NCBI GenBank assembly: GCA_030704615.1
Contig: CM060733.1
Location: 32,240,001 to 32,304,000, forward strand
Origin: Takakia lepidozioides
Lineage: Eukaryota > Plantae > Bryophyta
Length of the DNA stretch: 64,000 bases
Reading direction: 5' to 3'
Position 1 is the stretch's first letter. Every line of letters starts with the position of its first letter. This document shows positions 1 to 12,537 of the stretch, in pieces. Both the position numbers and the translations under genes were made by a program. The notes beneath the pieces are model-generated. The model saw only the letters and a list, made by a program, of their open reading frames with translations, was not told the DNA's origin and did no database searches.

Positions 1-3000
1 AGGCTCAACTTAACTTGCGCTTTCAGCTTATAATCCCTAGCGCGCTTATGTCACCAATTAAAACCCGCATCTTTGCCTCCACCCGAGGACTTCACATTGA
101 GGGAAGATGGTCTCTTTCCACCGAAAGGAAGAGTCCAATACACGGGTTGCCGATGACGCCATTCTTGCCCAAGGCAAGATCAATATACCAAAACATACAA
201 TGTGATCCTCTTTTTTGAAACAGTACATTTGTTTGCATTGTGAAGATTCTTCCATGGTATCCAATTTTTGTGCAATTGTATATTGTCCTCCCCAAACTTT
301 GAAAACAAAGTTCTCATCTCATTCTCGTCTATTAGAAGACTTTGCCGTGTGGTGGAGAAATATCTGTGTGCTAGCTTGCAGCTAAAACTAGGCATTGTGT
401 TCATGGAGGAAGAAAGGAAGGATTTGCAAGGAGAGGTCATCGAGAGTCTTGTAGTGCTCTCCGCGAGTAGAGAGGTTTGGAACAATTCCCCTCCAAGACT
501 GTCACGCTCGTCCAAGTCCGAACGCGTCGTTGTTTTGGACATTTCTGATCTGCAATGAGGTCCAATATCATCCTCAAGGTCATTCAAGTCCGGCATGGAC
601 ATCTCTGCAAATGGAAGTCATGTACCATCACAGATCAATGCAATCCGCTCCATAGTGTAACTCCTTCGCGAACTCCACACAGATGGATCTTGCTCTGAGC
701 TTGCTGCACCTGACTACGATGAGTTCCCAATGACACCAGTCATATATTTGTCCTCCACTTATCGATGAAAATGTAATTTTGTTCCCTCCTCTAATATTGT
801 TGACATGCAAGGCCTTGAGCACGTTGACAAATATGGATCGAAAGCATGACGGTCATCCCTAGTGCATCACCGGAACCAATAGCATGAAGGTTGCACTCGG
901 TGTTCAACAGTACAAAATCAGGACCACTTGTTACAGAAACTGTGAAACACTGATACAACTCATGGTATAGCCCACAAATAGAAGGGTCTGCGATGACCAT
1001 GAAGCCAAGAGAGCTCAGGCGTCTATATGACTAGAATACCTGCAAGGAGTAGCAATTGAAGGCGTACGGTTCTAATCGTCAAGTTCGGACATCCAGGGGT
1101 CTGTTATACGACTGCAGGCAACAGCTTACATATTTCCCGCCTCAACGTCTGATCATTATCAAATCGAAGGCAAGACAAGAGAGCTTAGCCTCAAAAACAA
1201 AACGGCGGATGGGCTGTATTTTAAACGACACGGTTGACAATAGTCTTGTATTTTCCAGATATAATCCTGCACGTAGCTTAAATGCAGTTTCAAGGAGAAC
1301 GTATGAAACGTGGAGCATACATACTTTTGGTTGTGATCTTCTCTTATGCTCAGACACGCTATGAACAGGGATCAAGCATAGGCTCCTCTGTGTTTTTGTT
1401 TGCTAAAACAAACGACGTTGCCTTATGGGTTAGTTGCAACTGCCCGTAGTCGATCGTTTTTCCCAAACGGGTATTTAAATTTATTTGTGTGAATTCAATG
1501 CAAGGAGTTGTCAATTTGTCTTAGGCTCACTTTAAAGTTCAAAAGAGGTTTTATCCAGCGATAGCCGTCGATTGAAATTTTGTTGTGTTAAGGACCTCAA
1601 ATTGATAAGACGAAGATGTTATCAAGCGCTGTTGGTAAGGGACTTTTTTTGCGACGTCTAATGATGGGGCAAGACGGTGCGGGTGAAGTTTCATACCCAA
1701 GCGTCGATCTTTCCACACCCCAAAAATTAGCTCTTCAATGGAAGCAACGTTTCCACCAGCTCAGTGTTTTTTCATGGTTGGACGTTGAACCCAATGGACC
1801 TGCAGATTGGTGGGGATTTCAAGGGTATCCCAAAGGAATTTTTTGAGGTTTTTTTGTCATTGTTTGCAATGGCACCCATTTTTGGGGCTTTTTGGGCATT
1901 GGTGGCCACCCAAAATCAATTGGAAAGATTTTAAGGGGCTAAAATATCTAGGAGCGCCGGAGGACATCTGGTGGATAAAAATTGCTACTTATCAACTGAA
2001 AATTAGACAAGATCTTTCCTCATCCATTGAGAATTGGATATCCCATCCAACGTTGTTTATTATTTTTCTAGTATATAGAAGTAGCTAGATGGGCTAGCTC
2101 ACCACTTCTTGCATTTTTCTTAGTTGTTTTGTAACGCTTAGTTTATGTTTTAGTTAGTTGCCTAGAAGCTCAAGCTTAGAATCCTAAGAAATCGTAGTGT
2201 AACTGGCTAGGCTTTGAATTAGGAGGCAACAATAAATAAGAGGTCCTAGTTGCTTGTGGTTTAGAGTTTGCTAGTAGTTTTAGCAAGTTTGGAAGAGGCA
2301 ACTAGTAGTACTTGAGAATACTAGAGTGAGGGAGAGGCCTATGCTCGAGAGCTGAAGTTGTTGTTTTGGCCAAGAGCCATGTTATGAAATGGAAAATGGA
2401 AGACTTCCCCCAAAAGAGCGTATGTCTTACAAACTTGGAGTGAGGTGAGCCCTTAGGAGAGAATGGAGGTAGTAAGCAACAAACCCCATAGGAAAGATGA
2501 GCTATTAACCCCATCCACTAGGTTTTGGTATTCCATTTAGCAAGTTGGGAGTATTGCAAGAGAGGAGAGAAGCTTGTCCTTTGTTCATTGTCATTTGCTT
2601 GTATGTGTGTGTTCTAACCCTTTTGACAAGTCCTACTAACCCAAAAGAGGAGTGAAGAGAGTTTGGGAGGGAGAATACATATAATCCCATAGTGGCCAAG
2701 AGGCCCATGGGTTTGTTTGTTGTTTTCTTGTTATGAAGAGAAATAATCTAACCAGGAGGGAGCTCTAACATATGGGGTTGTCTCTAACAGGGCTTGAGGG
2801 ATCGACTTATCTTGGCCACTAGGTCTTATGTTTTGTTGGGGCTAACTTGAAAGTATTGGGGAAGCTAACCAAGCTAAGCTTTGCTAGATGTTTACGAGTT
2901 CCACTATTATTTCTTTCTTTTTTATGAAGTGAGTTAGAGTGAGTGAGTAGTAGCACTAGCTATATCGACTATGTTTGCCACGAGGCCCCTACTACTAAGT

Positions 3001-4791
3001 ACCGAGCCACCCTAGGAAAGGGGGAGGGAGTGGAAACGAGAGGGAGAGCCATTGTATTTTCCAAGCAAGAACTACTTGTTGGTTTATTTTTATGGTACTA
3101 AGGTTTAATTTTCAGGCCCAAAAATCCATTGCATTAGAATCTCATAGCTCTAGGAATCCATGGGGGACCTAGACTAACCATGGCTATGGTGGTAAGCTAA
3201 TCCCATTGGGGTTAGCATAGCATGCCAGTTTTTCTAAAGGTTTTTGGTGGTGTGGATTAATTCTTAAGTTGGGCAGCTTTTATTAGAGACGTCACAAGGG
3301 CAAGAGACAAGCAATAACCCAATGGCTAATGGAAGCAAGGCAAGCTCCTGCCCATGTGGGAGGCGTTGACCTCACCAAGACCAAGGAGTACAGCCACATA
3401 GGCTTGAGTTCGCGTCATTTCCTGCATTGAATTTTGCTGGCGGAGCGGTCCGTCACAAGGACCGCCGCCTGCATTCTACAGCCAATGTCTTGGCTGCATA
3501 GAGGTCTGGGACATTTGGTCCAAGGATTTTGCCTCTACCCAAGGGTATAAGTTTAAGGGGGGTCTCATACATAGGCCCCGAGGCCGATCTTTTTGTCTAT
3601 ATGAGTCATTTAGGTAGTGAATAGGCACTTCGGTACGAACATAGACACCTTGCTCATCAAAAGAGGGACAAAAGACCAATGGTTTGAGGAGAGTGGGGGA
3701 AGGGTTTGAGACGGGAAAGATGACCATTCTCACCGACAACTGGCTGTTAGCGTCTCTATAAGAGTACCCACATTTAGGATTTAATATACTTTAGCCAAAC
3801 AAGTTATGGGGATGGAGGGAGTTGACAATGGATCCCCTATTTAGCATGTGATTTGATTTGGATGGATGACTATCTGCTGGGGGGACTGAAAATTATCATC
3901 GCTAGATGAATCGCAGAGCAGCCCAGTGGGGGTTTGAACTCGAGATCTTTGGGTCTGGGATTAAGTATTGACGACCTTAACCCTAAGATGCCCAGTGAGT
4001 GGGTGTCGTTGACTTTTTTGAAAAAATCAGTCCCTTACAATGAAAAATTGAGATAGCTCGCTGGAAAATGGTGAAGGAAGCGTAAATTATGGCGTCTCTT
4101 GACCCCGAAGGGCCACTACTTTCCAGCAAGAGGTTAGACACCTTTACGACACCGATTACTAGCAAACATTAACTAACATCAATTGCTAGCATCAACAGCA
4201 AATATGTACAATCTTTGCTCAAACAACTCTCTCCCAAACTTCCCGCAATGTTCTTCAAATTCCTCAACATCACAACATGCTTAAATGTTTTATAATCCTA
4301 CGGGCCTTGCGATAGTTGGGGTTGATATCCTATCAGCACACCCGCGTGAGCATATGCTCACGTAAATACAAATCCACGGTAATTATATTTAACGACATTA
4401 TGTACTCACGCGTAAATATAATTACTCTTATATACTCGTTCTGTTTTTTTTACTGATGTCATAATTTAAAAGAATGCATGTATAGTACCAATATACTTGA
4501 ATCTTAAGACCTACATCTAAAATGTTTTTTTTAAACAATTCTTGAAAGAAGAAAAAACAATCATCGACCCGAAATCATCTCTGGGTTTCGTCACAGAAAC
4601 TCGAAACTCTAGGGTATCGCCACACTTTTAAAATACATTCAATTCCCATATAGGTTTCGCCGGTGAAATAGTCTTGAGTATTGCCAAAACAATAAATAAA
4701 TCATGAAAGAAATGTTGGGGTATTTGCTAAATTTTACGAATATATGCAATTCCTAAATAGGTCTCATAAACAAAAAAAAATGTACATGGAT

Positions 4792-6165
4792 TTTTTATTT
4801 ATTTTTTATTTTTTATTTTGAAGGAAAGGGGACAGAGGCCCTTTTAATCAAATTAATAGAAAAGTCAGAAGGTGGAAAAAATAACCACCACCAAGGCCGT
4901 GAGGCTTATTGAGGGGAAACTTCCCTATGACCCTAGCAAACAAGCTAAACAGCAAGAGGTAACCAAGAGCTAGAGAGATATGTGTGTGAGAGAGATGTAT
5001 AGATTATAGGAAGGATTTTAGGGTGATCAAAATAGTGGTTGTTGTAAAGAGGAGTTATGCAGAAAGCGAAGGAAGCGTTTGCAATCACATGTTCGCGATT
5101 TGAAGGTTTTGAGCTGCCAAGGCTGCTAAGTGAGGAGATTGAGGAGTAGTAAGAATGAGGGAGCAAGAAATCAACAGTACAGCCGACTGCCAGTGTTGGT
5201 ACTCGAGTCCGAGCTGATCCAAAACCCCAGTATCAGAACCTGAGATGTGCTCTCGATTTAGTGTCCCTAGCTCTTTTATGTCTCCAATTGAATTCTGCCT
5301 CATCTCCCTCACCAGGAGATTTCCCATTGCGTGGGGATGGCGTCTTTCCAGGTAAAGCGCATGTCGGGAAGGCTGGAGCCAAGCAGGTCGCCTTTGCCCC
5401 AGGAATGTATGAAATCTTAGCAGCTTGCGTCCTCGTTGCTCTGAAGTTCTGGGAACAGCTGCACACACAAAGTCCCACGCTTTCCTCCCCTCAGTTAACA
5501 AATCATGATATGTATGAAACAAGATCGATCTGCCTCTGGGGAGTTTGCCCTCATAAACCCAGGCACACCTTGCTTTCCACAGATTCCATAAGGTGTGAGC
5601 TCTCAGAGAAGCCCAGACCGGGCAGCTAACCTGGGATTGAGCAATCTGAACATTGAGTAGCAACAGTGAAGGAGGGGGTGGATTGGAGAAAGAGGCCCAG
5701 TGAGAATAGAAGCCAAGTATTACTCCCCAAATCCTACTTGAGATATTGCAAGAAAGCAAACAATGTTCAATAGACTCTGGTTCAAGCAAGCAGAGGGGGC
5801 AGGCAAGCTGATTCTCATGGGTAACAAGCCTGATGGGGAGTATTCTGTGTACTAGTTTCCATAGGAAGCCGGATACTTTTGCAGAACGGTCCTTTCTCCA
5901 AATGTCTCTCCAGACCTTGTCCTAGCTACCTTGAGGTAAATTGTGGCTGCCCCATTTGGCTGTCCATTTTCTTTGAAAAGAGCGAGGTGGGTTGATGAGA
6001 GAGTAACCCACCTTCACAGAATAACCAAAGAAAGGGGTTTTTTTCCCGTCCATCCACCGCCACTTTCCTAGATCGAATTGCAAGTCAGCCAAAGGGCAGG
6101 ATAGGAACCAGGTAAATGATTCGTGAAAGGCCCATTGATGGATATTATTCCAAACCCCAAGCCGG
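4792..6165 (-). mobile_element. 5'-truncated L1-clade LINE remnant (zf-RVT/CCHC C-terminus, 3' UTR, A-rich tail)
   Basis: The minus strand reads KVSGFLWKLVHRILP...CPLCLLEPESIEHCLLSC...LWNLWKARCAWVYEG (ORF 5085..5789 plus upstream frame), typical of the plant L1 ORF2 end. A T-rich tract at 4792-4820 is the A-tail on the minus strand. Boundaries are approximate. Confidence 0.8.
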
Positions 6166-6808
6166 TGATTGATATTATGTTAATAGAGTTATGAGTAGTG
6201 CTCAAGTTAGTACTAATCCGCGGTAATAGGGGTTATATTGTTAGATCTGGAGTAGTTTTGCAATAATTTTGGCATGAGCACATTTTTATTTTTCCGCAAT
6301 ATTTTTATATATGTTCCCAAAATTATATACGATATTTCTTTCTACAGAAGCGAGCATGCTCACTTCAACAAATTAATTGTTATCTATTTTTTCTCAGTTA
6401 GTCCAATATTTTCATGTTGATCACTATGCCTTCCGCATAGCCCGTAGTTTGAGATAAAAATTTATGTCCAAACGCAACGTCGTAGCTTTGATTGCATGGA
6501 GTTAAAGCAAAAAGTCAAGTTCCATCTATCTGGGAACTAACGAGGGCTGACCGGATGATAGACTCAATGAAGGAAAACACGATTTAATATTGACTTGAAT
6601 ATTTATATAAACAATGATCCAATTGCACACTTGTGGACCATCTAGACCGTACATACATTGGAATCCTCACCTTCTTGTTTGTCTCATGTTTCTAACTATG
6701 TAGGTGTAGAAGATCATGAGTTTCTTTGTTTTACGTTCGGAGATCGACATCAATTCATTCATGTATTAAAAATTTTGGGTGGAGTAAATGAATCCCATAT
6801 CACTGGGA

Positions 6809-6892
6809 GAGAGAGAGAGAGAGAACGCCGGCCGGGCCGGCGTAACTAAGAGCCACTTCGCCTCACGGCTACTGCCTCCTTTCGGGGGTGGG
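6809..6892 (-). mobile_element. 84-bp retrotransposed 3' end of a Dualen/RandI element with (TC)n tail and 15-bp TSD
   Basis: Flanked by the exact direct repeat cccatatcactggga (6794-6808 and 6893-6907). The insert closely matches the 3' terminus of the 12538-20025 element. Confidence 0.9.
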
Positions 6893-6995
6893 CCCATATC
6901 ACTGGGATATTATAGTTGGTTTTTGCAAATTTGAAACGCAGTATGCAAAATCTTATTTTTAGGAGCATCAAATTTCCGAAAAATCTTGCAATATC

Positions 6996-7720
6996 TTTTT
7001 ATTTATTTATTTAAAAACACAACATGGGACAATGGCCCTGGAAGCTTTATTAATAGGTAAGGAAAAAATAACCTTACAAGGAGCCATAAAGCAGATGATT
7101 AAGGTTCCACTCCAAGCCTAAGAAACAACAAAGAAAGAGGGCACATATGCCATGAAAGGCACGAAGGCCATAGGAGAGAAAAGAAGACTCAAGACAAAGG
7201 CTGTTTGCAGCTACAGCATATAATATGAAGAACTACAGCTGCCAAAAGAAGACCATCCTTAAGAAATTGTCAAGAATGAGGGAGAAAGCAAGGCAATCTA
7301 TGAGCTACTCCTCTTTCTTTTAGAAGCTGAGCTTTCAATTTTCCCTTCCTAAGGGACCGCTTCTGATTCCTCCTGTTGACCTCTGACCAATCAGATCCCA
7401 AGGGAGAACTACGAGCGCTAACCGCGCTGCCAGCAGGGAGGGGGAGGCAGTTTGCCCATTCGATTCTGGAATCCGAAATTCTCCTACAGAACAATCCCCC
7501 TTTGCCCTATCGAAGGCCGAGATGAGTTGGCCTCTCCTCCTATTTCCACACTTTGGCAAAGCTGTAACAAAAGTCAACCAACATTTCCGAGCCTCAGACA
7601 TAAGGTTTGCATACATGGCATAGAATTTTGAAAAACAACATAACATCTCATTTTCCAAATCTGCCACAGTATTGTACCCCTCAGAGTTTCCCACACAAGG
7701 CAAGAGCAGAACAATATCTT
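6996..7720 (-). mobile_element. Short L1 LINE 3' remnant
   Basis: The minus strand at ~7620-7680 translates GTILWQIWKMRCYVVFQNS (L1 LWxIWxxRN-type motif). An (ATTT)n tract at ~6996-7012 is the tail. Confidence 0.65.
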
Positions 7721-7966
7721 CATCTAGTAAATTAATTAGTCATGGGTATTCAAGTTGTCTTTCAAGGTTACACGTGTCTTTTAAACAATTATTGTATATC
7801 ATGTTCTACTAGTTTGGATGCCTCTCCAAGCCTTAAAAGCTTTCTTAGCTCATCTGCTACCAGGAGCTTAAACTCAATATATTTATATGAGGATTACGTC
7901 CAAAATATCTTGATTAAGAACATCTAACAAATGGCCCAGTGGTTAGTATCAGTTGTAGGTTCAAAT

Positions 7967-8525
7967 CAGTGTTGGACCAGTATATATGGTCAGACCTGAG
8001 TCTTCAGTAAAGATATGAGTAATGGTATGAAGAACCATACCTTACTGGTATGAAAGAACATTATACCCATGTCCATAACCTACTGGGGTGGATATTGAGT
8101 TAAGGATTTGCCCTTCGATACCAGACTAGCTTGGTTGTCGCTGTTGTTATACTGGTTGATATACCATTATTGAGGGTTACAAGCGACGATGGAGCTCAGT
8201 ACAAATAGGGAGAGGCCGTTAGGGTTGAGCGCCCATGCTGCACAACAAACTCTCTTCAATGAAATGATTCGCGACTACGCCGAATTACGAGAATCTCCTT
8301 GGGCAGCCAGATTGCCCTCAACTTTTAATGTGGTCCATTAGGACTTTTCTTGTTTATTGTGATCGCCTTTGCAGCCTCTGGTTGGTGCTTCAGAAGGTTC
8401 AGAGAAATTGTACCATATCAATGTTCATATATACCCCCAGTATGAATATCAAAAAATTCAATACCAAGATCCTTCATACCAGGACCGGTCTGGTACTTAA
8501 TAATACATATACCGGTCTAACACTG
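7967..8525. mobile_element. hAT-family MITE
   Basis: TIRs cagtgttggaccagtatat / atataccggtctaacactg; near-perfect 8-bp TSD gttcaaat (7959-7966) / gttcaaag (8526-8533); internal ATACC/GGTAT subterminal motifs. Confidence 0.8.
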
Positions 8526-9142
8526 GTTCAAAGCCACATATAGGTATATTGGATAACATCCATTATAGCCAACCCAACTATTAAGTAGGGGTCAATGGTC
8601 AATTGGACACATGATACCGGACACATAATGTGTGGGTACCCCGGTTTGAGTCCCTGGCGTGAGGGTTGGATAGTTGCATAAAAAGGTGTCCACCATCCAA
8701 ATGGAAAGCAAAAGTACTTTGGAGTGACGTACCACCATAAGTTCTGTTTGCTTCGGCAACAGTCAACTTTTACTAATTATGAAGTGAAGACATTAATTTC
8801 ATGTAGCAGAAGGTGTTGAGTCAATTACTCCAAAGTACACTACATTTCGGTGTTTGACCCCAAACGTTCAACGAGACCCACTATCCATAGGGTTATAACA
8901 TATTGTCAGTTGCATGAACGTCCATTTGGATGCATATGTTGAAGTACTATATGCATTCGCATCAAATACTATTTTTAGATGTAGCTACCACCAACCCACC
9001 TCACACTATAAAACACTTCAAAAACAAGAAAACAAAAAAGTCTACAAGGGCAGGAAAAAAAAAAAAAAAAAAAAAAAAAACACAAAACACAAAACAATCC
9101 ATTTTTCAAAAGAATTGTTGACTTATAATGTTGAGACTACTT

Positions 9143-9193
9143 GGGGAAGAGGCTCTTATTTACATTAGCTTTGGCTGGCGTTATATATATATA
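9143..9193 (+). mobile_element. ~50-bp remnant of a Dualen/RandI 3' terminus with (TA)n tail
   Basis: ggggaagaggctcttatttacattagctttggctggcgtt(at)n matches the sense 3' end of the 23546-26052 element (ggggaagaggctcttatttacgctgactttggttggcgtc(at)n). Confidence 0.75.
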
Positions 9194-9867
9194 CCGTACC
9201 TGCCTACACTGTCCAATGATAATTAGAGGCAAAAACAGACTGTCGGAATAATTTAAACTGATGCCCTTCCAACCTCTTCTCCTTTTGCTAGTATGACATG
9301 TTGCTGTAAGGATGACATTGATAACAAATGTGAAGTGGTAGCCTAGGGGTACACATGGATCACTAAGTTGTTGGTTGGTTGATTGGCTGTGATGGCTCCA
9401 GGTGATGCATCTTCACCTTCTTAATTTGTTGCATGAAATACTACTACGAGCAAGAGATTAAGGGGGGGAGGCTTTGAGCTCTCTCAAACCTCAAATATGT
9501 TTGTAAGTGTTGATTATGTATACATATTACTGCTGTTTTTGTTGTGTTTGATTTGATGGATCTACCTACATGGAAAGGAGTTATGTTTAAGGATACATTT
9601 CTGCTCTTCATGTTACTAATGTTGCTTCTTATAATATGAAAGTGAGGAGGCAAATCTATTCCTTAGAAGGGCCCACACTCCTAGTGTGGATCTGATTGCA
9701 CTTTGTACATCTAAATTTGGTTTTCCAACAAGGATATGTAAAGGGAGGTTCGGAGGTAAATTAGGGTAGAGACAATTTGATGGTGCTTAGATGAGGCTGT
9801 CTGATGTAGTTAAAAAGAGACAAACACAACACATTGTGCTTAGTGTTTCCTTGTCTAGGCTTGACAT

Positions 9868-9904
<37 letters not shown>
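9868..9904. repeat. (CT)n microsatellite
   Basis: Seen directly in the sequence. Confidence 0.95.
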
Positions 9905-9905
<1 letters not shown>

Positions 9906-11449
9906 AATCCTTGGGTGTTCAAAGTCTCTTCATTTCTTTTGTCACAAGGAAGTAGAGGAAAACTTGAATTTCTGGTATTTCTTTATAGTAAATTATGAAG
10001 TAAAGAGAATTTTGGATTGAGGACACCTGTCTTCTTGAATCCCTACACGCTAGACAGATGTAAATTAGGGTTTCAAGTAGGCAAGACACCTGGCCTTTCA
10101 GATTTACATCTTCTACTTTACGGTTTCAGATTTAAAAGGGAGCCTTAATGTGCCACCACTCTTCCCTCTATCAACGTTCTTCCTTAGTGAGCAAGCCTAG
10201 CAGCACGCTACAACCTTTCCACTCTAAAACGTAGGATGGAGGCTGGCGTATAAAACGACTAACACTTCCCTCAGATTCCCACTTGGAGAGGGAAAGAGGT
10301 CTGTCTTGTGAGCTGCTATTTGAAGACTTTTGTGAGCTGGTTTTTGCTGAACATGTCACAACCTGCTCCTCTTCCTTAGGTGATGGTTGCAGGTGGTACA
10401 CACACTCTCCCTTGTCAATTGCTTGCAACCTTCATACTCAATTGATTTTTTTCCTATTTTGGAACCCTACTTATCATTTCATTTTGGATAGCTATAGCAT
10501 GCAAGAGTGCCTGCCATTCATCTCGCACATCCTCACTAGCCCAAGTATCATATGCGTGTGGTACTTTTTGGGACGGGTGCAGGTGAGGGCATCTCTTCTA
10601 TGAACTGGACTTTGGTGGAATGTGAAATGATCTATGTTTCAGTCAACATAGATACAGAGCTCAATAGCACATATTTCTGCCCATGCTCAAGAGGGAAGGG
10701 GGGTGGTCTCATATCAACAAGCACCCATTCCCAAGAGGAAGGTGTCACTAGAGCCAAGTACACAAGCAAGGGGCCATTGCATAGAGACCTTTGGTTTATA
10801 AAAATAGTCATACTATCAAAGTAGAGCTAGTCAAGTCCATGTAGATAAGCATGACAACAAGCACCTATTCCCAAAAGGAAGATCAAGTACTCAAGCATGC
10901 CTTAAGGGCATACAGAAGCCCTTGCTTTTGCACAAGTATTCCTAGATTCAGAGTAGAGCTTAGTCAAGTCCATATAAGTTCCTCATAGGTCAAACTCTCT
11001 TTGTGTTGCCATACTAAGCAGCCCATTGCAAAGTTGAATGAGTCTAAATGGGTACCTTGTCCTTCAACTCTTAATGCATGCTTCACTTTCAAATGAGAAG
11101 AGTGGCAAACATAACTAACCATATAGGGCAACAACTTTAGGTTAAGACCTATAAGGTGAACCCTAATGAGTTACCCTAGTGAGTCATCTCGTTATCCAAT
11201 TCCCCATTCCGTTCTAGATCACAAAACAATCTGAATAAAATAAGGGAACTAGACAATTCTTGAATGTCGTCTATAAAGATCTTCGCAACATTCAAGGAAA
11301 GAGAGAAAACAAAATTCTCAAGCCTCTCATTTTCAAGTTTTCTAATGCTGATAGAAGGCAGTGGTTACAGTAGACTAGCCAAGACTAGATTAGCCTAGAG
11401 CAATGTACATTCACCTGATCATATAGAAGGTATAACATACATATACTCT

Positions 11450-12500
11450 ATAATGTTGTTGCTGCAGGGGCCTATCACAAGATATCATGTATCAATTCGC
11501 CTTCATTAAAAGTCTTGTATATTCAAGAATGGAAGTTGTCCCTTTCTCCCTTTTTATCTCTGATTGTAGCAGATTGCTTAGATTACCTACTAGACTCTCA
11601 ATCGGCCTTGATGGGGTTGTAGGTGATCCCAGTCTCGACATCCTCCCCTATTAATCTAAAAGATTCTATGTAGGCTAATGACTCAGTGCTAACAATAAAA
11701 TGTGATAATGGTTTGCAATTTCTTCATTGATTCTGTTTTTGGCTTCAGGTTTTAAAGTCAATTGGCTGGAATATAAATCGGTTGGGATCTTTTCCATCGT
11801 TAAGGACACCTTCCTCCCTGGGGGTGTGAGTTCGGGTTATGTTGGTTGGATGAGGGGAAGTCTCTAAATTGCTAGGTCATCTCATTGGCCATAACATGAG
11901 TCCGCTCGGCAGCGCTTCCCCCCATAGTCAACACTCTGAAGAAACATCTTAGTTTATGGTGTTCCTCGCAACTCTCACTTGTAGGTCGTGCCTTGGTAGA
12001 GAATCAGGTTTTATCCGCGGCTTTGTGGTTCATTGCTTCAGTCTGGGATCTTGGATCCTCTCTCCTCAGACAGATTAAAGCGTTGATTCACAATTTCCTG
12101 TGGGGCACTAAAGGTGCGTGTATGGCTAATCGGGCCTTGGTCTCTTGGGATCAACTCTGCCGCAAGAAGAAAGAGGGGGGTCTTGGCCTTCTGGACCTTT
12201 GACCATGAAATCAAAGTTCTTTGGGGCAAATGGGTTCCTCATTATTTTCTTCCCTCTACGGGCCCTTGGAAGTTTTTGATATGAAGACATATTGCTCTTC
12301 ATTCTTCTAGTTTGCAGTGGGCTCCAAGCATGCGATGGCTCATCTAAGATTTGGGAGGCTTGGACATTTCTAAGGAAGTTTCTATACCAAACACCCCCTA
12401 AATTATGGGATGAAGCCATTAGGCATTTCCATCCTCGCTATGCTATTTCTTCAATTCTCGGACGTTTGAGTCCACAATCTATAAAGCTTTGAGGCATTTG
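11450..12500 (+). mobile_element. Degenerate L1 LINE reverse transcriptase fragment
   Basis: ORF 11993..12202 reads IKALIHNFLWG...LVSWDQLCRKKKEGGLGLLDL, the L1 RT thumb motif. Degraded SPFLxLIV and FKVNW motifs lie upstream. Confidence 0.8.
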
Positions 12501-12506
12501 TCCTCT

Positions 12507-12537
<31 letters not shown>

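Noticed and set aside
58-1000. Several overlapping minus-strand ORFs that look like decayed coding sequence, possibly a Cys-rich transposase
   Set aside because: No motif I can assign with confidence, so it is left unannotated. A translated profile search is needed.
1400-3470. Possible solo LTR (tgtaacg at ~2130, ccgtcaca at ~3457)
   Set aside because: No matching TSD, PBS or PPT found; only the composition is suggestive.
3925-3990. tRNA-like B box on the minus strand, with a similar one at ~8588-8660 on the plus strand
   Set aside because: Too degenerate to fold as tRNA. At most old SINE heads, not tRNA genes.
4298-6447. Short inverted pair ctacgggccttgcg / cgcatagcccgtag bracketing the L1 fragment
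   Set aside because: Only ~14 bp and imperfect with no TSD, so it cannot be distinguished from chance or from Helitron-type ends.
9300-11440. Possible LTR-retrotransposon internal region
   Set aside because: No coding motifs or terminal structures could be confirmed.
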